The translations under genes were made by a program, and so were the position numbers. Shown one piece after another: positions 37,929 through 50,539 of a stretch of 64,000 nt of DNA. The stretch covers positions 2,545,136-2,609,135 of the forward strand of contig BCIN01000001.1 in NCBI GenBank assembly GCA_039545335.1, in the 5' to 3' direction. The number at the start of each line of letters is the position of its first letter. The first letter of the stretch is position 1. The notes under the pieces were generated by a model that saw nothing but the letters and a program-made list of their open reading frames with translations, was not told the DNA's origin and made no database searches. The stretch is from Kondoa subrosea (Eukaryota).

Positions 37929-40689
37929 TCACTGGAACTTAGCTTTCTCATGATCCTTCACTATTGAAATAAAAAGCATATACATGAGCCAAGGACAAAG
38001 ATACCACCGGCTTTAGACTTACAGCGTTGTCTCAGAACATTCTTTTGCAATTTCCCTGTTCACACAGATCAGCTCAAGGTCAAATTAGAGAAAGGGAGTC
38101 TAAGCACCAGTACTTGTCTTGGGTAGCTCCGTGACAATCTCGTACCATTCTGAACAAGATCATCAGACTAAATGATCAGAAAAAAATTGGGTGACTTGCC
38201 TGGTCTTGCAAAGCCAGGTAGCCGGCTTCGAACGTGTTCATGAAGTTCTTTGAACAGTTCTGCTTCGCGATTAGCCCACTTTTTGGCTCCAGCAACAGCT
38301 TCGGACGATGTTATCAGGACAATTTGGGAGAAGAAGAGCTTCGTATGCGACTCACTGAGAAGGACATAGGCCATTGCACGCTCGCCAAACTTATCGTGAT
38401 GTCTAGCAATGACAGCGACCTCGCCGACATCGGGATGCTATAGAATCACATGAGCAGTTTGTAAAACACTCGATCTTATACGAACAGAGATCACTTCTGA
38501 TTCGATTGCGATACTTGAAGCGTTTTCTCCTCTGGACGAGCGCAAGTTTGAGCAGCGACCTTGTAAAAAGATGCTTAACATACCCTGAGATGATCAGATC
38601 CTTCGACCGATCTTGAATGGAGATGGTACCATCTGGGAAGATGACTGCTAGATCCCCAGAGTGATAGTAGCCTCCTGCAAATGCCTTCTTTGTCGCTTCT
38701 GGATCATTGTAATACTCCTGCATGACAATATTGCCTCGAACCACAATCTCGCCAAGCTCTTTGCCATCTCTTGCAACTTCGACCAATCGACCTTGACTAT
38801 CAGGTTCAGTTTTCACCACAATCGCTTCATCGGCTGTCAAGAAAGATTGTCCTTGTCTTGCTTTACGCCTAAAGACCTCGCTTTGCTCCAGTTCCGGCCA
38901 ATCGTCCTTTTCGCTGTGCGTGATTTAGTATAAGGCAGAAACAAGATTCACATGCTTACTAGGATCTCGCTGCAGAAAAGAGATCCAAGTCAACGTATAC
39001 CTACGCATGAATTTGACGACACGTACTGAATGGTCCGTAAGTTTCGGTAAGCCCATCTATTTAGATCAAAACAGTCGATCAGAATACAGCAATGTTCGCA
39101 AATGCTTGAAAGCCCACAAGTATGAGTAATAGATATGTTCAGCTTGTCCAACTGTTCAATTGTTTTCGCTGTTGGAGCAGAACCGGCACAACAAGCAATG
39201 ACCTGTTGAGGTAAGCGTTTTGCTGCTGGACATTGAACGATTCCGATCTATACAGCGTATTTAGGGAACGTCTCCAGATCTAGCGCCAATCACGAACCTG
39301 GACTGTAGGAGCAGCACAACTGAAAAAGGAACCTTAGCGAGCAAAGACGTTGTCAGGCAATGCTGACTCACTATGTGGTTACACCTAATTCTGTGAAGTA
39401 AAGCCACGTCGCGCTGTAATCCCCTACTTGTCGCATACAGACTTGTGATGCCATTGCTTCACACAGATTCAATGAGCTCCTTCTGTGGTTACTCTCGCAA
39501 CAGGCTTACCTGCTGGTATGGCATATGGCTGCACTTCCATCAGGAATAGCTGCATCGAAACAAGAGAGTACTCACATAGGTCCAGCCTATCAATAAGGGC
39601 TATTAGCTTGGTCACCAGAGCAGAGCGCCTGACAAACCCGATGCATGGAAAGCGGCTGATCCAGAAAGATATCAGACTGGGACACGGACGGCATGGAATA
39701 GACTGACGCAGAATCCACAGATACACTGACTCGTGCCTGATATTGCATTCTGCAGTGAAGCAAACGTGAGGGGCCTTCTTAACACGAAGAAGCTTATGAC
39801 CAACCACTAGCATTGGCTAAAGCGGCCAAATAAACACCTCGATGCGTAGTAAGACATCCTTTCGGACGACCAGTGGTTCCTTGGAATCAATTCAGCATAA
39901 GAAGCCAAAAAAGGATATGAGAGCGTTCACCACACACCTGAAGTATAATTCAAGGCCAAACCCATGTTCTCATCCGCGATGCCATCGATGGTCGAGAATC
40001 CAGTAGCATTACTTGATTTGTAACCTGAGCTTGCTTGTAAGCGAAAACAACAGGATTGACCTTGCTATTCTCACCTTCCGCAATCAAAGCTTCATATGCA
40101 TCTCCAGCAGGACGACTGTCGTCTGCAATGATCACCGGAATCTTCGCATCTGCCACAGTGTTTGCGAATTGTTTGTCGACAAGTACCATTTTGGCCCCAG
40201 AGTGCTCCAGAATATAGGCGATTTCTGCATTCGTCAAGCGGATATTGACTTGAACAACGATAGCTCCGATAGCTGTACCATTTTGAGCACATGGCTCATC
40301 AATTCCAGATGGGACCACTGACCTGGTATAGCCTGAGATGCATCGAGAATCATTGGCACATTTGGAGAAATGACTGCCACTCTGTCGCCTTGCTTGATAC
40401 CTCTGGCTTTGAGTCCATGTGCCAGATTTGCGATACGCCAAACCCATTGACTATAGGTGAAAGAGTAGCCTTGCTCAGGATGATTCAAAGCAACAGAGTT
40501 CGGATAAATTTGAGCAGCACGCAACAGAAATGAAATTGGCGTGAGAGGGGTATCGTTCACTTTGAGATGAGGAGGAACACGGCATCTGAAAGGCTGCAAA
40601 GAGCTGGGCACAATTTCGTTGCCGTGGCTTTGCGGTTCCACAGTGTTGAGCAAGCTGTTCTTGATTTGGTTCAGTCTTTCGAGAGCCAT
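37929..40689 (-). CDS. AMP-binding acyl-CoA synthetase, paralog A
   Basis: PLTPISFLLRAA, NYTSGTTGRPKG, YGLTETYGP, GEIVVRGNIVM, YHSGDLAV, DRSKDLIISGGEN, LPKTSTGKLQK; ends KAKFQ*. Confidence 0.93.
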
Positions 40690-40885
40690 GCTGAAATCAA
40701 GGACCTGGTTGGTATAGTCCGCTCACACAGGGTATTGGGTTGGTGCAAGAACAACCTTGGGAAATCCCCAGCGGAGGAGCTCCACAAGTCAGCTTCGGCT
40801 AAACATGAATAACAGCAATCTTCGCGGAACAAGATGGACATCATCCCACAGAGATACACTTCATTGCAAGTTTTAGTACAATATT

Positions 40886-43692
40886 TCACAGGAATTTTGC
40901 CTTTTGATCTTCCTTCAGTCGGGCGCGCAAGACATTTTTCTGCAGTTTCCCTGTTCACACAGTCAGCTGAAAAATACATCAGAGAGAGGGAGTATAAGTA
41001 CCTGTAGAAGTTTTCGGCTAGCGCAAAATTAGTATGAACAATTCAGGAGCTGTGATCAGGCGCACCAGCTCATCCACGATTTCATACCATTCAGGCCTGC
41101 TGAATCCAGGCAATCGAGGCTTGACATGGGCCTTCAGTTCTTCTATCAGCTGGTCGTGTTTTCCTGCCCATTTAGCGACACAAGATGGACCTATAGTAAG
41201 CAAGCAGAGTGAGCTCGACAATTGATCTTGACAGTAGTAACTCACGCAGAAGGATATAAGCCATTGCTCTTTCGCCATACTTGTCGTGATGCCTTGCAAT
41301 GACTGCCACTTCAGAGACATCGGGATGCTAACGGAACTTCAATTGATAGTCAACTCGCGTTGAAGCCACTTACCGAGATGACTTCCGATTCTATAGCCAA
41401 ACTCGAAGCGTTTTCACCGCTACGTCTAACATTAGCATGAGGTTAGCCTTCCAAGTGATGACCGACCCAGAAATAATCAAATCCTTTGATCGATCTTGAA
41501 TGCTGATAGTACCATCTGGGAACATGACAGCCAAATCCCCAGAATGGTAGTAACCGCCCAAGAAAGCCTTCTTAGTCGCTTCCGGATCGTTGTAGTATTC
41601 TTTCATAACGATATTACCTCGAACAACGATTTCACCTAGTTCTTTGCCATCTCGCGCGACTTCAGCTAGCCGCCCTTGACTGTCTGGTTCGGTCTTGACG
41701 ACGATACATTCATCTGCTGTTAAATAGGATTGACCTTGTCTTGCTCGACGTTTGAAGTATTCTGCGGGTTCGAGATCAGGCCAGTCGTCCTTCTCGCTGG
41801 GATGCTGATCAACACTTCTGTCTTGACACAGTGATATCACTTACTAGCATCGTGCAAAAGGACCATAGGTCTCCGTAGCTGAAAGCAAATCAGTATCAAA
41901 TCTAGATAGCTGGCAAAAAAGTCAACCTCCGTCTGGAAACAATTAGCTCAGAATTTTCGCATCGTGCAAACGACTTACAGACATGCGTGATCGATATGTT
42001 CAGCTTATACAATTGTTCAATCGTTTTCGCTGTAGGGGCAGAACCAGCACAACAAGCGATGACCTCTCGAGGTAGTCGCTGTGCCGCAGGACATTGTATT
42101 ATACCAATTCTGTTGAGAGCACTTGTGAGCCATGCACGTTATCCGATTGACGGTTGCATACTGAACAGTAGGAGCAGCACAACTGTGAATGGTTCAGCAA
42201 ATGTGCGAAAAGCTTGGAAACCATACTGACTAAGTCGTAATGCCTTTCGTTGTGAAGTACTTCCAGGTATCAGTATAGTCCCTTTTTAGAGCGAATGAGC
42301 ATTATTCTTCATCCAAGACAACGGGCAGCATACCCGACAGCTCTTTGCACAACCTGATTGGCCATGGCTGCAATAATAGTAAACGCGTGTGCTTCTGATT
42401 CACGACCTAGAAGACTGACCAGCTGTAATAGCGTAGGGCTGATACACATGTTAGTATGTACGAATTTAAGATTTCGATAGACTGACATGGTTCCATCCTG
42501 AACATGTCAAGGTCAGACTTCGTGTGTGAGGGATATTAAGCACACTTACCGGATGCATGGAACGCCGCTGTTGCGCAGTATGAGATAATCTCTTGTCACT
42601 AAGAGGTGGGACATACGTAGTATCCAGAGATATACTGATTCATGCCTAATGTTGCACTCTGAAGCGATTTCAGCAATAGACCATAGCAGGCAGAATTTTA
42701 CTCACCGCTAGCATTCGCCAAAGCTAGAGCAAGCGTTGAGTGAGGCTTCTGACGGCCAACATTTACTTACCAGCCAGATACGCGCCTCTGTCTGAATATA
42801 TGCGCACTATGAGCGAAACGGATATCTTCTGGTCGTCGAAAGGGCTTACGCGTCGTCACAACTCCCTTTGGTCTTCCAGTTGTCCCTGAGGTGTAATTGA
42901 TCGCGAAGATCATGTGTTCGTCTGCTATCCCGTCAATAGTCGAGAAACCTGCTCCTTTACTGATCTTGTAACCTGGTAACAATGAACTACTGGGTTTGCA
43001 GCACCGAAGAAGCCTACCTTCAGCCAACAAAGCCTCGTATGGATCACCAACGGGTCTACTATCATCTGCTACTACGATTGGCAGTTTGCAATCTTTGACC
43101 GAGTTGGTGAATTGAGAATCGCAGAGCACCATCACAGCACCAGAAGCTTCGAGAATGTAGGCGATTTCTGCGTTGGTGAGACGTATATTGACTGGTAAGC
43201 ATAGCTTTAAGCAATGGCGAACTTAAGGCTGCAGATAATCCAGACATACTAGGTACGATAATTGCACCCATAGCTGTGAGCGAAGAGCAATCAGCACGGC
43301 ACACTTCTCTTGCACGGTACTGGCTCACCTGGCAGAGCTTGCAAAGCATCAAGTATCATTGGAGAATTGGGTGAAATGACAGCTACCCGATCTCCTTGCT
43401 TGACTCCTCTTGCTCTCAGTCCATGGCACAGATTAGCTATCCTCCATGCCCATTGACTATAGGTAAAAGAGTAGCCTCGTTCCGGGTGATCTAGAGCAGT
43501 CGAGTTGGGATAGACCTGAGCAGCCCGCAAGAGAAAAGAGACCGGCGTAAGGGGAGTATCATTCACTTTGAGATGAGGTGGAACTCGACAGCGAAAGGGA
43601 TTGAGAGCGCTGGGCACGATCTCATTCCCATGCGATTCTTGACTGGCTCCAAGCAAAGCGTTCTTGACTTGATTCAGCCTCTCCAACGCCAT
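40886..43692 (-). CDS. AMP-binding acyl-CoA synthetase, paralog B (tandem duplicate)
   Basis: Same motifs as paralog A (NYTSGTTGRPKG, YGATETYGP, YHSGDLAV, LPKTSTGKLQK); ends KAKFL*, 196 bp upstream of the paralog A ATG. Confidence 0.93.
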
Positions 43693-44062
43693 ATTTCCTT
43701 CTAGTACCGAAAACTACTGTGCAAGTGTACAGTCACGATGCAGAGCCAAGCAGAAGGCATAAATATTAAACGCGGAGCAAGTGAGCTACCCCGGAGTTCG
43801 GATTGCCGAATATTATTGTGCTTCATGCAGAGCAAAGGGTAGTAGACGGGCGACAGTCTGAGCAAAGCATGGCTATCAGTTTACCTTTGGTAGGGTTACA
43901 AATACAGCATATCCCCTTTGTCGAGCAAGTCAACCTCACGCGCCAAAATGACAAACAGAAGAAAGCTTCTTACTATGCTCTGCTTCGAGCAATCCCTTCC
44001 CTCTTCTTGCTCTTGTACGATCCATCTTATCTTCTGCTCGTTCATACAGCCAAGAGCATAGC

Positions 44063-44888
44063 ATGCGTTTCTCGTTCACCGTCTGTGCACTGCTGGCCTC
44101 TAGCTTTAGCTTAAGCATCAGCGCTATATCTCATGAAGGCAAGAAAGAGATAGCTATTAAGCAAACACTGGTGAGTCAGCAATTGGAAGGGAGAGAGCAT
44201 ATAAGCTCACGGAAGAGAACAGCCTAAGCACGATCTTCGAGTGCAAATTATCGAAAGAGAGACTCCCAGCAACCGACTCGACTCAGTAGACGATACTACT
44301 GACACAAATGAAGACGCTTCTGATGATCAGGCCCACGTCAGCGGAAGAACTCGTCCTTCTGGCAGACCATCGGGCGTTCCATCGGGCGTTCCTTCAGGTG
44401 TACTAGGACCACACGGAGGACCTCATCGATTTGGTCCGTCTTCTCCTTCTTACTATACAGACGTTTGCCGAATTGACGAATGATCAGCTGGTGAAGAAGG
44501 TGCGAATGGTATGAGCAGACCATGCAAAGAAGGAGAAGACAAAGGCGGTAGACGTCCGCCAGACGGTGAAGGAGCACATAGCACTCCATTAGCCAAACCG
44601 GACGATAATCATACAACACCTCCAACTTCGAAAGCTGATCCAACGGATGAGATTACCGCAATAGGCAAGGGAGTTGTTGCTCCTACTTCAGCTGTACAAG
44701 ACAATGCGGCTGCAGTAAAACCTTCTTACTCTGTTGCACCTGGTAGCGAAACGTCAGCCGGACAGAAGACGATGCTCATGCATTTGGGCACAATAGCAAT
44801 TTTGAGTGCGTCTGTCTGTTTGGCGAGGCATGGAGATCTACTTACTATCCATATAGTATTTGGGCTCGCAGGAATGGTTCTTGCCTGA
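44063..44888 (+). CDS. Secreted, probably GPI-anchored low-complexity protein
   Basis: Signal-peptide-like MRFSFTVCALLASSFSLSISA, PSGR/PSGV tetrapeptide repeats, Ser/Thr/Pro stalk and a hydrophobic C-terminus; three predicted introns. Confidence 0.7.
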
Positions 44889-45035
44889 TACTGTTTCTTC
44901 AAATCGTAGATAGCTTTATTTTTGTAGATCAATACCTTCAAGCAGTGAATATATCAGTCTGGACAGTCTGGAATAAGTGACCAATGACAACGGATCACAA
45001 AGAGGGAATTCGATATTGAATTTCATTTCATGACT

Positions 45036-46813
45036 CTAGTCGAATGTGATGACATTTCTAAATCTAGGTTTGCCCGCCATCTGTTTCAATGATCCATCAG
45101 ATTGGGTACGCGTCCACCAGCTCAAAAGAGACTTACCATATCCTCGAAAGCCTCATTACACTGATCCAAGGTATAAGAGTGAGTCATGACCTTGATACCA
45201 CGTTGAGCAGCCATGCTATAAAAGCAATCAGTCATGAAGCACGAGAATAGCAATAGCGCTCACTTGACTGTGTCTTCTGAATCGGCGGCATGACCAGAAG
45301 GCCATCCTCGAATAGTGAGACGCTTAGTGATCATAGAAGCAGTGTTGAATGGAATTCTGTTCCTTCAGGTTTCAGATGATTGTATCATTGATACCTGAAA
45401 GCTTACGGCTCTTCTTGCAGACCCAAGATGAGTACTGAGACATGAGCGTAATGAGCAAGAAAAATGGAAATACAACTTGGTCTGTACTCACAAGTACCGT
45501 CAACGTCAAGACCGTCGAGTAAAGGAGCGACGAGTTTAGCGCTAGGTGCGGTGACCATAATAAGCTTGGCACCACCAAGCGCTTGAAGCTGCTTGACGTG
45601 TTCTTCAGAATGACCAACCAAGTATTCATCAGCTCCTAATTCAGTAGCCATCTTGCGTTTGTCTTCAGAGGTCGAAAGAGCGGCAACTCTGTAGCCTGAA
45701 GCATGGGCGTATTGAATAGCCAAGTGACCCAGACCTAGAAAAATCCGGTGTTTAATATCTCTCTTAGACAGTGGCAACGAGACGAACCTCCAATGCCTTG
45801 AACGGCAACAAGATCGCCAGCAGTCAAGTGACTAGTGCAGTAAAGTGATCAGCCCAAGAAATGATACTTTTGGTCAAAGCGAAACTCACTTCATGTTTCG
45901 CATAGAGTTATAAACGGTACATCTAGTGAGAACACAGACATCAGCATACGATACTTCTTGGAACAAGGATTCTCCTTACCCAGCGCACAAGAGCGGAGCA
46001 GCTTGTACAGGATCTAAAGATTCGGGAATGCTAACAACTGCTTCTGTTCTGAGGTAGACATATTCTGCGTAGCCACCGTCTCTGCTGATACCTGTTGAAA
46101 GATTAGCCTCTGTATAAGTTGCACCTCGCGATACATACCATTGATTTGCTCATTCTTGCAAGTCGTGAAAGAGCCTTTTGAACAGTATTTGCAGTTGCCA
46201 TCATGACCACTGTTCTTTTGGTCAGAGATTTGTAGGTGAATACATAAGAAAGAACATTACCCATGCCAACCTGATCCTACAAGCTGACCAACTTTCCATT
46301 TCTTTTCACTTTCTGGTACGGCAGCAACAGTTCCGATGATCTGCTGAAAGGATGAGTATACTGTTGCGATTGTCTTGAAGCAGAGTACGTGCCTCGTGTC
46401 CTGGGACTCTTGGCAAGCCTGCACAAAGCTGATTAGCCTAGACGCATTACTTCAGAAATCTGACAGTAGCTGACCTCCTCCGAACATCTGTAGAAGTATA
46501 GACATGATTCAAAATAAATCAATACTGCAAGACTCATAACATACGTCCACCTGAAAGATTAGGTAAGCGATTAGTGAGCTTATTCGAACTTGAAGTCTAG
46601 ACTCACTTGTGCTACATGGTCACTGTGGCATACCTGAAGAAGATGTGAGATGAATCCGAACAACTACAAGAGCTAACTCACACCGCAAGCTTTGGTTTTG
46701 ATCAAGACTTCACCAGCTTCAACAGGTCTGATCTGCTTCTCCTGAATCTCAAGCTTTCCACCAGCTTTTACAAAAGCAGCAGCTCGGTAAGTCTTTGGTA
46801 ATTGAGCAGTCAT
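45036..46813 (-). CDS. Zinc-dependent alcohol dehydrogenase (MDR family)
   Basis: ACGVCHSD, PRVPGHE, GWHGGHDGNCKYC, AAPLLCAG, QGIGGLGHLAIQYA, GWPSGHAADSEDT; many short exons. Confidence 0.93.
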
Positions 46814-47259
46814 GTCTGTAGAGAGTGGGTGTATGGGAGAAGAAGACAAGAAGCCAAAAAAAAGATCAGTAAGCAAGCAATAATGGGCGTCATCGGCTAA
46901 AAGTCTGCGGCATGGCTTCAAGAGTCTAGAAGTATCTAACAGCAGCAATTAAGGTAGTGCGGCGTCACTGTAAGCGACCAAGCGAAGCTACTATATGTCA
47001 AAGCTCCAAACTTGCATTGCTAAATTGTGCCTAACTATAGCAGCTAATCTTCTCGCTCGCCAATATCTGTAGCTAAGCGCTCTGCAGCAGTGCAGCAGTA
47101 ATATGTGCCGTATAACCGAAACGCCCGAGCAGCAAGCACGGTTATTGGAAGACAGGAGTGCAATTTCCAAAAACGCATTGTTGTCTGCATTCGACCGACC
47201 GATACCTGCTCGCTTGATGTATACCTGCTGTTGGATGTCCATATACCAATGAACTTGCT

Positions 47260-49534
47260 ATGGCCGGACCGAAAACATTGGACACGCCTACAAGGAAGCA
47301 ACATGCCGAGTTGAAATCCTTGCTAGCACAATATTCGAGTCCATCCGAAGCACCAACAACTGCTCGAGTAGATCACTCTATTCCGCAAGTCAGTATAAAA
47401 CCATTAGGTCTCTTGCAATCATGGAAATATCTTCCTTTTGTCGTCGGACAAGCTTCTTCAGCTGCTGCTGCTTTTGCCAAACATCATGTTTATGGTCCTG
47501 CTAAACCTTCTTGGGGCATTGAAATGACTTTGTTCACCAATTTCTTGAGGAATTCAGTCGATTATTCTCATTTGGGTAACATTGAGTTCTTAAGGAGAGT
47601 ACTTGATCTGGGTCAGATCCTACGTGCGTGCCAAGTACTATAACCAGATCAAGCCATGGCTGAGACTACTTCCAACTCTAGCAACGCCGAAAGATGGTGT
47701 AGTCACTCCTGTCAGTTTCAGAGTTCGCAAAAGAGGGTTGACGGGTTTCTTGAAAGAAGCGGATCAAGCAGAAGATGGGACAAGAGAATTGACAGCTGAA
47801 TGGGTCTTCAACAAGAGGTTATGGAAAAGAATGCAAGAAGATTATAGAATCAATGCTTCTTTTTCCTCACCCAACTCTTCATCATACAATTCAAGAGATT
47901 CTTCACCTCACTCGTCTAGAGAAAGAGTCATCTATTGGTTACATGGTGGTGCTTATTATGTCTTCTCTGCCGCTTCGCATCGATTTCTTACTATTCAAGT
48001 GTCGAAATATACCGATACAAGAGTGTTTGCTTTGAATTATCGCTTGGTAGGCGAGAAGAGCTTGTAACAGTTGAGTACATGACTCATTCGTAACTCCTTC
48101 GTTCTACTACAGGCACCGGAAACCAGATTCCCCGGTCAATTGCTAGACGCCGTAAATGGTTATTTCAGACTCATCTATGACCTCAAGATTCCTTCGCAGA
48201 ACATCATGGTTGGTGGAGATAGCGCTGGGTAAGTCATACTAAGCGGAACCAGAATCAAGGCTCATTCTAGTGCAGAGGCGGATTGGTCACTGCTCTAATG
48301 CTTTATTTACGAGATGAAGGTTATCCATTACCTGCTGGAGGTGTATTGATGAGTCCTTGGGTGGATCTGACAATGTCTTGTGCATCCTGGGATACGAATG
48401 CTGTCAGTCCCTTCTTCTTCCTCGTTCATCGCAATGCGCAATATACTCACTCCAAGAGCAGAAATACGACTACCTTCCTCAACCAGCTAACGATGATCAA
48501 TTCCATCCGGTCAAATGCTATATCGCACCCGAACAATTAGCGGAATATATCATTCATCCTTATGCCTCACCCATTTTCGGAAACTTTAAAGGAATACCAC
48601 CTTTATTGATTCAATGCGGTGATGCTGAACGACTGAGGGATGAAGGAACGTTGTTGGCTCATAAAGCTTCTTTGGCTGGAGTAAGAGTGGAGCACGAGAT
48701 TTACGAAGATGCAGTCCATGTTTTCCAAGTAAGCTTTCAAAAGTGTGTGCAGAGTACTCGTCTTGACCGATGAAAGCAGATGTTTGGATTCTTGGATGCA
48801 ACAAGGAAAGCTCTTCGCTCGGTCCGACATTTCGTTCGCGAAACTATGGCTCATCGCCGAACTATGGATTCAAGTCAAATGGATTCAGAACTTATGGCCG
48901 ATGCGCATAATGTCAGAGATGAAGATGCTGGTCTGGAACCGGAATCCTTGGGTCCCTCTCCGACGGAATCAGAAACACCTTTGACGAAAGAAGAGAGCGC
49001 AGCTTACACTCAGCCGGAAGGATCAATAGATCATGCAGTGGATTCTTCGGCACAATCTCTGGCAGTCTCAGCAACACGAATGATCTTACAAGCCGCTTCT
49101 GGAATATCACCTTCTACTTCTACTTTACCTTCCCCAACATCACCATCTTCCACTGTGAGGCGTTTACGAAGATTACCCTCAGCTCATGAAGTATCCACCC
49201 TCTCTTCTTCGGATCAAAACTCACGACCTAATTTATCAAGCACAACATCCACACTTAATACAAACACTCGACCTAGAATACATCAACGTAGTCATACTAT
49301 TGCTATACAACCTCAAGCTTTGAGAGTACGCCCGAGGAGTACGAGTCATCCGGATGTCAGGGCAGTGAGTTTTGATTCTATTTTTCGAATTTGTGTTGTG
49401 CTGAATAGTGATGCCAGCTCATGGATGATTATATTAAATCTTCTGCGGAACCGTCCTTTGCTCCTCAGTACGAGGAAGATGACGAAGGGGATATGACCGA
49501 TAATCCTGGGACACCTGTACGATTCAATGCTTGA
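47260..49534 (+). CDS. HSL-family (GDXG) lipase/esterase with a disordered C-terminus
   Basis: YWLHGGAY, NYRLAPETRFP, GDSAGGGL, MSPWVDL, QCGDAERLRDE, YEDAVHVFQ. Confidence 0.92.
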
Positions 49535-50166
49535 AGGTATTAATTTGGGGACACATCTGGAACATTAATTGTAATGTAAGGTTATTCCACTTGTACATAT
49601 AGCATACACTACTAATTAAACTTTGTAATAACTATGTTAAATTATGTACATTATGTTTCAGCTCCTGCTCTGCGATTTTGCATTTTCCTACATCCACATT
49701 TGAGATCAGCAGTTCCATCTGTCCGGAAACACTGGTTACACAATGGACAGATAGGAGGGACCTGAGCTGGCATAGAAGGTAAAGGTGTGTATCTTTTACG
49801 AAAGACTGTGGTTTGATGCAAGAAATTGTACGATTTAGGAAGGTTATGCCTGGAAATTGCACTTGACGGATTGAATTGTGATGTGTTCGTGCAAAGATAA
49901 AAATGGCGTGAAGATAGTTCCGCTTGCTAGTAACAGCAGAAGCTGCCAGATCAGCATGATCACCGTCAAAATGAAACGATGAAACGATCGAAGCGAAATT
50001 TTCGATTGGCTTCGCACTCAGCTACACCGAAGACTACGGTACAGGAGTGTCCCCTCGCTCAGCGCCAATCACCGCCGTCGAGATCTTCTGAACGTCTTAC
50101 ATAGTTGTTAAAATGGGGTGCTATATTTTGAAAACATGTTGGCTTTCACCAACAAGCATTAAGCAC

Positions 50167-50251
50167 CTCTAAATAGCTCAGTTGGCAGAGCATCAGACTG
50201 TAATGGCAACAATATATCTGGGTGTCCCTGGTTCAAATCCGGGTTTGGAGA
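50167..50251 (+). tRNA. tRNA-Tyr (GUA) with a 12-nt canonical intron (50204-50215)
   Basis: Cloverleaf: acceptor CTCTAAA/TTTGGAG+A73, D stem GCTC/GAGC, anticodon stem TCAGA/TCTGG with CT-GTA-A, T arm CCTGG-TTCAAAT-CCGGG. Confidence 0.96.
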
Positions 50252-50261
50252 GAGGTCTTAC

Positions 50262-50268
50262 TTTTTTT
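50262..50268 (+). terminator. Pol III oligo-T terminator
   Basis: T7 run about 10 nt after the tRNA 3' end. Confidence 0.8.
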
Positions 50269-50539
50269 GGCGCTTTTAAGTTTTTTGCCCTTTATTGCAG
50301 CCGAGGTACAGAATCGCCGAGCAGAGATTTGTGTCACTTCTTGGAAGCACAAATCGCGCGCCTGCCTTTGGAGATACCGCTGTGCACTGCTTTTACAGCA
50401 CCCAGCACACTCTTTTGTGCGAGTCAACTTGAGTTCTTCCGCGGCACGGCGGTCCTAGATATGCCGAAATTTATGCAGCAGCCGAAAAAAGCATCTGCTC
50501 TTCTCGCAACGACCTTAGGAGTATATCCATGCTGAGACG

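Noticed and set aside
44955..45036. Possible readthrough-derived peroxisomal signal after the ADH stop (in-frame SRL-SRL from a 9-bp repeat)
   Set aside because: The stop context is TAG AGT rather than TGA CTA, and SRL is not followed by a stop.
50182..50535. ORFs overlapping the tRNA-Tyr
   Set aside because: Explained by the tRNA gene and MFS promoter; no protein features.
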